This document shows positions 16,568 to 23,854 of a stretch of DNA of 64,000 nt, one piece after another. Under the pieces are notes generated by a model. That model was not told the origin of the DNA. It ran no database searches and was given only the letters and a program-made list of their open reading frames with translations. Source of the stretch: Coriobacteriia bacterium (GTDB lineage: Bacteria > Actinomycetota > Coriobacteriia > Anaerosomatales > JAJZPX01); assembly GCA_036504755.1 (NCBI GenBank), contig DASXUP010000013.1, positions 8,976 through 72,975 on the forward strand. The letters are read 5' to 3'. How positions within the stretch are numbered: position 1 is the stretch's first letter; each line of letters starts with the position of its first letter. The translations under genes and the position numbers were made by a program.

Positions 16568-19441
16568 TCAGCTCGCCGCCGCGACATCGTCGTCGTCGGT
16601 CTTGTCCTCATGGTAGACTTCCCCACCCTCGGCCGTATCCGCCACCAACGGGTGACGGCGCCGGTAGAAGAACTTGCGGATCTCGTCGGCGACCAGGAGC
16701 GTGGGTATGAGCGCGACGAGCACGACCCAGTCGACGGGTTGCAGCGGACCGTGCTCGAAGATGCGCTGGAACGGCTGCGCGTAGATCAGGATGTTGATCG
16801 CGACGAGCTCGATCAGGATGCCCCAGATCAGGAATCGGTTGCTGAAGAAGCCGACCTTGAAGATCGACTCGCGGTTCGTCCGCTGCGCGAAGCCGTTGCC
16901 GATCTGGGTCGTGACGACCGCGGCGTGCGTCATCGTCGTCGCTTTGGCATACAGCAGCGCTCCCGCGGTCCCGGCACCCATCGCCACCATGCCGGCCACG
17001 CCCATCGAGGGACGCCAGCCGTGGGACCAGTACATCCAGTAGAAAGCGACCATCGCTGCCGCGGCTTGGATCGGGCCGAGGAACAGGAACACGCGCCAGA
17101 GTACCGACCAGTTCAGCAGGTTTTCCGATCGCGACCGCGGCGGCCGCCGCATGATGCCGGGCTCGGGCGCTTCGGTGCCGAGGGCGAGTGCCGGGATCAT
17201 GTCCGTGCCGAGGTCGATGGCGAGGATCTGCATGACCGTGAGCGGGAGTGGTATGCGGAACATGACGAACAGCAGGAACGGCACGAGCTCGGGCACGTTG
17301 CTGGTGAAGATGTAGGTGACGAACCGGCGGATGTTGTCGTAGACCGCGCGACCCTCTTCGATCGCGTTGACGATGCTCGCGAAGTTGTCGTCCGTGAGGA
17401 TCATGTCGGCCGCTTCCTTGGCGACGTCCGTGCCCGCGATCCCCATCGCGACACCGATGTCGGCTACCTTCAGCGCCGGCGCGTCGTTCACGCCGTCGCC
17501 GGTCATGGCTACGATGTGCCCCATGTCCTTCAGCGCCTGCGCGATCTGCATCTTGTGCTCGGGCGCCACGCGCGCGAACAGCACGTCGTCCTTCGCGAGG
17601 TGCTCCTCGAGGTCCTGCTGGGTCATCCGGTTGAGTTCGGCGCCCGTCACGATCGTCGCGCTGCTTCCGCGGACGATCCCGATCCGGCGCGCGATCGATT
17701 CCGCCGTCAGGCCGTAGTCGCCGGTGATCATGATGATCTTGATGCCGGCCGTCCGGCACTCCTCGACGGCCGTCGCCACCTCGTCGCGCGGCGGGTCCTG
17801 CATCGCCATCAAGCCGACGAACACGAGATCGCGCTCGGTCGCATCGGGCGAGTAGTCGCTCTCGTGCTCCGGGATCTCGCGATACGCCATCGCGAGCACT
17901 CGCAGGCCGTTGCGCGCGAACTCGTCGTTCTGCCCGACGATCGTCTCGCGGTCCTCGGCCGTCATGTCGCGCGAGCCGTCCACCGTCGCGATCCGCGTCG
18001 ACAGGTCGAGGACCTCCTTCGGAGCGCCCTTCACGTAGCCGATGCGGCCGAACTTGTGCAGGTGGATCGTCGTCATGCGCTTGCGCACGGAGTCGAACGG
18101 CAGCTCGAATATCCGCCGGTAGGCCTTGATCTCCTTCGGGTAGTCGAAGCCGGCCTTCTCCGCGGCCACGAGTAGCGCGGCCTCCGTCGGATCGCCGAGG
18201 ATCGTCCAGGTGTCCTTCTCGGCCGAGGGCGGGATCAGCCGGGCGTTGTTGGCGAGGGCTGCCGCGCGCACGAGTATCCGGAGCGCCTGCTGCTGGTGCT
18301 CGTTCAGACTCTTGCCGTCGTGGACGAACTCGCCGTTGGGCTCGTAGCCGCTGCCGAGGACCTGGATGTGCTCGCCGTTCACGAAGATGTCCCGGACCGT
18401 CATCTCGTTCTTCGTGAGCGTCCCGGTCTTGTCCGTGCAGATCACGGTCGTGGAGCCCAGCGTCTCCACCGAGGACAGCTTCTTGATGAGCGCGTGCCTC
18501 CCCGCCATCCGCTGCACGCCCATCGCGAGTGCCAGGCTGACGGTGGGCAAGAGGCCCTCCGGCACGAGCGCGACGATTATGCCGACGGCGAAGACGAAGC
18601 CCTCGATGAGCGTCAGCCCGGCGACGAAGTAGCCGAGCACGAAGAACAGAACGCCGAGTCCGGTCGCGAGGATCGCGACGATCTGGACGACCTTCTCCAT
18701 CTGCTTCTGCAACGGCGAGAGTTCCTGCTTCACGCTCTGCGTCAGCTGCGCGATCTTGCCGAACTGCGTGTGCATCCCGGTCGCGTAGACGGCCGCCTTG
18801 CCGCCGCCGTACGCGACCGACGTGCCGGCGAAGACGAGGTTCGGCATCTCGACGACGGTGAGTCGTTCGTCCTTGTGAGGTGACGCCGTCTTGCGGACGG
18901 GCTCGGACTCGCCCGTCAAGGTGGCGTTGTTCGTGCGGAGCTCGAACTCCTCGATCAGCCGCGCGTCGGCCGAGATGTTGTCGCCCTCCTCGAGCACCAA
19001 TATGTCGCCCGGCACGATCTCGCCCGCCAGGATCTCCTTCACCTCGCCGTCCCGGATGACCTTGGCACGAGCGGGGATCATCGCCTTGAGCGCCTCGGTC
19101 GCCTTCTCGGCCTTGAACTCCTGCCAGAACGAGAAGATGGCGTTGATGAAGATCACGGCGAAGATGGCGTAGCCGAGCTGGGGCATACCCCCGACGAAGG
19201 ACAGGACGCCGCCGACCCAGAGCATGATCGCGAACAGGTGGTAGAAGTTCTCGAGGAACTTCAGCCACAGCGGCCGCCCGCGGACTTCCTTGATCTCGTT
19301 CCGGCCGTACGTCTCGAGACGCTCGAGCGCATCGGACTCGGAGAGGCCGTCCTCGCCGGAGTGGAGCGTCTCGAGCACCGAGGTCCGCGTCATCTCGTGG
19401 CAGGAGACCTCGGGGTCGCACACAAGAGGTTCGGTCGGCAT
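16568..19441 (-). CDS. P2-type cation-transporting ATPase (Na,K/H,K-ATPase-alpha-like ion-site residues), cassette 2
   Basis: LTGESEP, ICTDKTGTLT, VKGAPKE, MQDPPRDEV, IMITGDYG and VAMTGDGVNDAPALKVADIGVAMGIAGTDVAKEAADMILTDDNFASIV. TM4 IVALVPEGLLPT, TM5 IFTSNVPEL, TM6 LAIDLGTDMIPALALG. Confidence 0.95.
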   Translation of the reverse strand: MPTEPLVCDPEVSCHEMTRTSVLETLHSGEDGLSESDALERLETYGRNEIKEVRGRPLWLKFLENFYHLFAIMLWVGGVLSFVGGMPQLGYAIFAVIFINAIFSFWQEFKAEKATEALKAMIPARAKVIRDGEVKEILAGEIVPGDILVLEEGDNISADARLIEEFELRTNNATLTGESEPVRKTASPHKDERLTVVEMPNLVFAGTSVAYGGGKAAVYATGMHTQFGKIAQLTQSVKQELSPLQKQMEKVVQIVAILATGLGVLFFVLGYFVAGLTLIEGFVFAVGIIVALVPEGLLPTVSLALAMGVQRMAGRHALIKKLSSVETLGSTTVICTDKTGTLTKNEMTVRDIFVNGEHIQVLGSGYEPNGEFVHDGKSLNEHQQQALRILVRAAALANNARLIPPSAEKDTWTILGDPTEAALLVAAEKAGFDYPKEIKAYRRIFELPFDSVRKRMTTIHLHKFGRIGYVKGAPKEVLDLSTRIATVDGSRDMTAEDRETIVGQNDEFARNGLRVLAMAYREIPEHESDYSPDATERDLVFVGLMAMQDPPRDEVATAVEECRTAGIKIIMITGDYGLTAESIARRIGIVRGSSATIVTGAELNRMTQQDLEEHLAKDDVLFARVAPEHKMQIAQALKDMGHIVAMTGDGVNDAPALKVADIGVAMGIAGTDVAKEAADMILTDDNFASIVNAIEEGRAVYDNIRRFVTYIFTSNVPELVPFLLFVMFRIPLPLTVMQILAIDLGTDMIPALALGTEAPEPGIMRRPPRSRSENLLNWSVLWRVFLFLGPIQAAAAMVAFYWMYWSHGWRPSMGVAGMVAMGAGTAGALLYAKATTMTHAAVVTTQIGNGFAQRTNRESIFKVGFFSNRFLIWGILIELVAINILIYAQPFQRIFEHGPLQPVDWVVLVALIPTLLVADEIRKFFYRRRHPLVADTAEGGEVYHEDKTDDDDVAAAS

Positions 19442-19559
19442 GCATCACGCTTTCGACGGGGTCGTCTTGGGACGCAACGCTCCATGGTAGAAGGGGGCGA
19501 TCGCGGCACTGTTAACGAATGGTGAGACGGTTCACGCGCGTTTGCAATACGTGCTTCGC

Positions 19560-20804
19560 TCATCGCGCCAGCGCGAGCATCTCCCGTGTCCGCTTCGCGG
19601 CGAGGCGCAATCCGCCGACTTGCAGCCAGTACTTCACGTAGGTGATGCGCTTCATGGTTATCGCCGGGATCCCCGTCAGCGGGACGCCGTACATCCAGCC
19701 TACGCCCCAGCGCGGCCCGATGCTCACGAACTCCCCGCGCATGTGCGGCGTGAACGGCCGCGGCCCCTCGCCACGCGCCTCGCGCAGTATGTTGTCGGCT
19801 GTCGCGGGACCCTCTTGGATCGCCATCTGAGCGAGCATCATCAGCGGCTGACCCGTGTCGGGGTCGCGAGCCTCCGCCACGTCACCGATCGAGTAGACGT
19901 CGGGGTACCGCGGCGTGCGGAGCGCGGGGTCGACGACCACACGCCCGCCCGCCGAGGTCTCCAGCCCCCATCGGGCCGCGTGCGGGTCCGCCTTCGCGCC
20001 GCCCGCCCAAACGAGGATCGTGCTGTCGACCCGGCGTCCGTCGGAAAGGGCGATCATGTTGCCCTCGACGCGGTCGACGAAGGCGCCCGTGATCACTTCG
20101 ACACCCATCCGGCCCAGACGACGCTCCGCCTTGCCGCGCTCGCGCTCGGGGAGGTCGAAGAGGATCTCGTCGCGGCCCTCGACGAGGTGGATGCTCAGGT
20201 CGGCCGGATCGAGGCCCGCGTCGATGACGCGCCTCGGGAGCATCTGCGCCAGGGTCCCGACGATCTCCACCCCCGTGGCGCCGCCGCCGACCACGGTGTA
20301 GCTCATCGTGCGCCGGCGCTCGTCCCGGTCCGCCACCCGCGCGGCCGCCTTCAGCATCTCCTGCCCGCGGCGCTGCAGCAGGCGCGCATCCTCCACCGAC
20401 CACATGGTGACGGCATGCTCGTCCAGCCCAGGGATCGGCGGCACTGCGGCGACGGCCCCGGTGGCCACGACGAGCCGCCAGTAGTCGACACGCTCGCCCC
20501 CCTCGACCACGATCGCGTGCTCGTCGGGAAGCACCTCGGCCACACGGTTGTAGCAGGCGGTGACGGGAAGGCCGCGGTATATGGTGGGATGCCACAGCTC
20601 GCAGAACTCCGGCCGGTTCGGGCCGACCGCCACCAGGTCGAGCTCGGAGAGCGCCTGCTGGCACGGGTTGGGCTCGACGAGAAGGATGTCGACGTCGTCC
20701 TCCGGCCGCATCCGCCTCGCGAGCCTGACGGCGCACGACGTGCCGGCGTATCCTGCGCCCGCTATCACGACGCGCCTCTTCGTTGTCTCGGGTGCGCAGG
20801 CCAC
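19560..20804 (-). CDS. Type II NADH dehydrogenase-like FAD/NAD(P)-dependent oxidoreductase (NDH-2 family)
   Basis: GTG 20804 has GGAGGG 6 nt upstream and is in frame with track ORF 19560..21164. Two dinucleotide motifs, VVIAGAGYAG and TVVGGGATGVE, plus IGDVA. An alternative ATG start lies at 20870. Confidence 0.8.
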   Translation of the reverse strand: MACAPETTKRRVVIAGAGYAGTSCAVRLARRMRPEDDVDILLVEPNPCQQALSELDLVAVGPNRPEFCELWHPTIYRGLPVTACYNRVAEVLPDEHAIVVEGGERVDYWRLVVATGAVAAVPPIPGLDEHAVTMWSVEDARLLQRRGQEMLKAAARVADRDERRRTMSYTVVGGGATGVEIVGTLAQMLPRRVIDAGLDPADLSIHLVEGRDEILFDLPERERGKAERRLGRMGVEVITGAFVDRVEGNMIALSDGRRVDSTILVWAGGAKADPHAARWGLETSAGGRVVVDPALRTPRYPDVYSIGDVAEARDPDTGQPLMMLAQMAIQEGPATADNILREARGEGPRPFTPHMRGEFVSIGPRWGVGWMYGVPLTGIPAITMKRITYVKYWLQVGGLRLAAKRTREMLALAR

Positions 20805-20927
20805 GTCACTCCCTCCGTTCGCGGGTATGTTCCCGTACCGCGGCGGGCGCGTTTCCGCCCTCCGCCCCATAGGAAGATACTGTACGAGCCGCCTCGCCGC
20901 GACGTCACTCGACCGGAGGAGAGCACC

Positions 20928-21170
20928 ATGGTGAAGGTCTACGCCCTGTCGACGTGCCCGTACTGCAAGATGACGAAGCAGTACCTCTCCGAGAACGGCG
21001 TGGCATTCGAGCACACCGACGTGGACATGCTGGACGGTGAAGAGCGCCAAAAGGCGATCGACACGGTGAAGCGACTCTCGGGCGGGACGTCGTTCCCCGT
21101 GGTGGACGTCGACGGCGAGGTCGTCGTCGGCTTCGACAAGGCGAAGCTGAAGGAGCTGCTGCACCTGTGA
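20928..21170 (+). CDS. Glutaredoxin-like protein, YruB/NrdH type (CPYC active site)
   Basis: ATG 20928 follows GGAGGAG. MVKVYALSTCPYCKMTKQYLSENGVAFEHTDVD...SFPVVDVDGEVVVGFDKAKLKELL. It is the C-terminal 80 codons of track ORF 19542..21170. Confidence 0.85.
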   Translation: MVKVYALSTCPYCKMTKQYLSENGVAFEHTDVDMLDGEERQKAIDTVKRLSGGTSFPVVDVDGEVVVGFDKAKLKELLHL

Positions 21171-21829
21171 GCGATCCCGGCGGATACGCCCTTCGGCCGA
21201 GGTTCGAGCCGGGCACCACAGTCGACGACCTCGAGGCGTACATGGCGCCCTTCGTCGCCACCCTCGGCTACAAGTTCAACACGGACTCGGAGTTCGTCGG
21301 TGCCGTCATGCGGTCCGAGATCGAGATCCTCGGCCGAGACGGCGACGTCTTCTGCCCTTGAAGGATCCGCACCGGCGTGTACGCCGAGGACGTCAAGATC
21401 GTCTGCCCGTGCATCCCGTTCTACCTCGGCGAGTTCTCCGCGATGCGCAAGTGCTGGTGCGGGCTGTTCATCCGCACGGACGTCGAGGACGGGGCCGAGC
21501 TGCACGGCGTGAGCGAACCTCCGACCGGCCCTGTCGAGGTGCGCGTGGCGGCCGAGGACGACTTGCGCGAGGGGGAGGGGAAGGCCGTCACGATAGGGAA
21601 GCGCAAGGTCGCGCTCTTCCGCACCACGTCGGGCTGGCATGCCCTCTCCAACGTGTGCCGCCATTGGGGCGGGCCGCTGGCCGAGGGCCCGGTGGAAGGC
21701 GAGTTCGTGATGTGTCCCTGGCACGGGTGGAGGTACGACGTGCGCACGGGAACGACCGATCACCCGGACGCCGACGTCAAGGTCTACCCCATCACCGTGC
21801 GAGACGGCGAGATCTTCGTCACGGTCTAG
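21167..21829 (+). CDS. Ferredoxin:thioredoxin-reductase catalytic-subunit-like domain fused to a Rieske [2Fe-2S] domain. It is interrupted by an in-frame TGA (21359..21361) inside the CPC motif. It is either a candidate selenoprotein or a split/pseudogene.
   Basis: Track ORFs 21167..21361 and 21377..21829 share one frame. The joined translation is ...GYKFNTDSEFVGAVMRSEIEILGRDGDVFCP[TGA]RIRTGVYAEDVKIVCPCIPFYLGEFSAMRKCWCGLF.... The Rieske motif is CRHWGGPL-x-CPWHGW (C-x-H-x16-C-x2-H). The GTG start overlaps the glutaredoxin stop (GTGA). Confidence 0.55.
21373..21386 (+). promoter_or_regulatory. SECIS-like hairpin candidate downstream of the in-frame UGA
   Basis: CGGCG-UGUA-CGCCG is a perfect 5-bp GC stem starting 11 nt after the UGA, with G as the second loop base. 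A flanking GAUC (21364..21367) / GAUC (21397..21400) pair could extend the structure. This is geometry only. No covariation was tested. Confidence 0.35.
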
Positions 21830-21844
21830 ACGTGCCGGACCGGC

Positions 21845-22213
21845 TCATCGATGGCGGCGGGGTCCGCCATCGATGTTCTTCAGCGATCGTCTTCCCGGCG
21901 CGCGGAACCGTTGCACGCCGACGAGAAGCGCGCTGCCGATCCCCACGAAGGCGACCCACTCCCAGCCTATCGGCGCATGGAGCGCTTCGAGCAGCGCCGC
22001 GGCGGCCGCGCCGAACGCCCAGGGGAGGGTGTAGTACTCGCGGTCGAACGCCTCGAGCACTGCGAGGATGCCGGCGAGAAGCAGCCATCCCCAGAACCAG
22101 ATCTGCACGCCTTCTCCAAGTGGTCGGAGCGAACGGCCAGCGTGCGGCAAGCGTAGCCGAACCATGCCGAGTACCGCAAAGACTACAATGCGCACCGGAA
22201 GAGTGCGTAGCAA
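21845..22213 (-). CDS. Hypothetical small membrane protein (NfeD-like membrane segment); start uncertain
   Basis: Hydrophobic helices IWFWGWLLLAGILAVLEAF, LPWAFGAAAAALLEAL and WEWVAFVGIGSALLVGV. A likely shorter start is GTG (VQIWFWG...) preceded by GGAGAAGG. Confidence 0.45.
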   Translation of the reverse strand: MLRTLPVRIVVFAVLGMVRLRLPHAGRSLRPLGEGVQIWFWGWLLLAGILAVLEAFDREYYTLPWAFGAAAAALLEALHAPIGWEWVAFVGIGSALLVGVQRFRAPGRRSLKNIDGGPRRHR

Positions 22214-22287
22214 TCACTTGTCCCCTCATCGGCAGGGGAATAAGCTGACCGTACGCATAGGAGAAGTGCGGAGTAGGAGGAATCGTC

Positions 22288-23241
22288 ATGGCGCTCCCAA
22301 AGTCAGTCATCGACACGATCGGCGACACGCCCGTCGTTCCGCTCAACCGTATCGGCGAGGGCTTGCCTGGCCGCGTCTACGTCAAGCTCGAGTCGCGCAA
22401 TCCCGGCGGCTCGGTCAAGGACCGTATCGGATGGTCGATGGTCGATGACGCGGAGCAGCGCGGTGTCATCCGCCCCGGCGAGTCGGTCCTGGTCGAGCCG
22501 ACCTCGGGTAACACCGGCATCGCGCTCGCGCTGATCGGCGCCGCCCGCGGCTACCGCGTCGTGCTGACGATGCCGGAGAGCATGTCTCTCGAACGGCGCA
22601 AGCTGCTCGCGGCGTTCGGCGCGGAGCTCGTGCTGACGGACAAAGCGGCCGGCATGCGCGGTTCGGTGGAGCGCGCCGCGGAGATCGCTGCCGAGACGGA
22701 GAACGCCTTCATCCCCGGACAGTTCGACAATCCCGCCAACCCGAGGGCGCACTACGAGACGACCGGCCCCGAGGTGCGCCGCGCCCTCGCGGGCATCGAG
22801 ATCGGCGCGTTCGTGGCCGGAGTGGGCACGGGCGGGACCATCTCGGGAGCCGGGCGCTACTTGAAGGAGGCGGACGACGCCACGCTCGCCATCGCTGTCG
22901 AGCCGGAGGAGTCCCCGCTGATAACACAGACGCGCGCGCGCGAGCCGCTGACGCCGGCACCCCATCCAATCCAGGGCATCGGAGCCAACTTCATCCCGAG
23001 GACACTCGATCTGACCGTCCTCGACGGCGTCGAGCTCGTGAACGGACCGGACGCGATCGCCATGGCGCGCCGCGCCGCTGCCGAGGAGGGGCTCCTCGTG
23101 GGAATCTCCTCCGGGGCGAACATCGTCGCCGCCCTCCGGCTCGCTGCTCGCCCCGAGATGACGGGCAAGGCAATCGTCACCGTCGCGCCCTCCACCGGAG
23201 AGCGCTACCTCTCGACCCCCTTGTGGGAGGGGGTGGGCTAG
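22288..23241 (+). CDS. cysK: Cysteine synthase A (O-acetylserine sulfhydrylase)
   Basis: IGDTPVVPLNRI, KLESRNPGGSVKDR (PLP lysine), EPTSGNTGIALA and GVGTGGTISG. The AGGAGG ribosome-binding site is upstream. Confidence 0.95.
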   Translation: MALPKSVIDTIGDTPVVPLNRIGEGLPGRVYVKLESRNPGGSVKDRIGWSMVDDAEQRGVIRPGESVLVEPTSGNTGIALALIGAARGYRVVLTMPESMSLERRKLLAAFGAELVLTDKAAGMRGSVERAAEIAAETENAFIPGQFDNPANPRAHYETTGPEVRRALAGIEIGAFVAGVGTGGTISGAGRYLKEADDATLAIAVEPEESPLITQTRAREPLTPAPHPIQGIGANFIPRTLDLTVLDGVELVNGPDAIAMARRAAAEEGLLVGISSGANIVAALRLAARPEMTGKAIVTVAPSTGERYLSTPLWEGVG

Positions 23242-23658
23242 GTGCGGGTCTCGCAGAGGCTGGACTACGCGCTGCGCGCGCTCACGGCGCTGGCGCAGCA
23301 GCCGGAGGGACGCCCGATGGTCGCCGGGGATCTCGCTCGCGACCTCGGCTTGCCGAAGCGCTTCCTCGAGCAGCAGATCACGGCGCTGGGGAAACGCGGG
23401 TTGGTGAGCTGCCAGCGAGGCGCGTCGGGGGGCTGCGTGCTCGCCCGCTCCCCCGACCTCGTCACGGTCGCCGACGTCGTGCGTGCCGTGCAGGGGGAAG
23501 TGCTGGACGTGCCGCACCGAACGGGGTCGGCCAGTTCGGAGATGTGGCTGGACGTCGCGCGAGCCCTTGAAGACGTGCTCGGATCGGTGACGCTTCGGCA
23601 GCTCGCGAAGCGTCAGACCGAGCTCGACGCGGCGGCCGTTCCCATGTACTACATCTGA
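23242..23658 (+). CDS. Rrf2-family transcriptional regulator (CymR/IscR-like)
   Basis: MRVSQRLDYALRALTALA...DLARDLGLPKRFLEQQITALGKRGLVSCQRGASGGCVLAR. The GTG start directly abuts the cysK TAG. Confidence 0.9.
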   Translation: MRVSQRLDYALRALTALAQQPEGRPMVAGDLARDLGLPKRFLEQQITALGKRGLVSCQRGASGGCVLARSPDLVTVADVVRAVQGEVLDVPHRTGSASSEMWLDVARALEDVLGSVTLRQLAKRQTELDAAAVPMYYI

Positions 23659-23854
23659 CGTTCATCCACTCCTTCGGCTCCGCCCGGCGAAACAATACCG
23701 AAACCTATGCACGACCAGGGGTTTTCCGATACATCGCCGGTCTTGTTGGCCGAATCGGGCTTGTGCTACGCTCCATGAATCCTGAGCCTCCTGGGTGAGG
23801 CTCTTCGGGTGTCGTCACTCAACGAGGAACGACAAGGCGCAAGGGAGGAAAGGG

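Noticed and set aside
11847-19448. Long alternative-frame or antisense ORFs over the two ATPase genes (11847..13892(-), 12386..13942(+), 16608..19448(-), 16610..18175(+))
   Set aside because: The frames 11636..14494 and 16568..19441 carry every P-type ATPase signature. The others are Arg/Gly/Asp-rich shadows.
19442-19559. Possible promoter (TTGCAA at 19542..19547) upstream of ATPase 2
   Set aside because: There is no acceptable -10 hexamer at 16-19 nt spacing on the minus strand, so it is not reported as a feature.
19542-21170. 542-aa plus-strand ORF and 534-aa minus-strand ORF (19560..21164)
   Set aside because: Only the last 80 codons of the plus-strand ORF are real (the glutaredoxin). 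Only the last 414 codons of the minus-strand ORF, from GTG 20804 with a GGAGGG ribosome-binding site, are real (NDH-2). The remainder is antisense overlap.
23784-23803. 7-bp hairpin (GAGCCTC-CTGGGT-GAGGCTC) and a TTGTTG/TACGCT promoter-like pair in the livK leader
   Set aside because: The hairpin is short, with no riboswitch or T-box features such as a specifier or T-box sequence. The promoter hexamers are weak matches, and sigma-70 rules transfer poorly to high-GC organisms.
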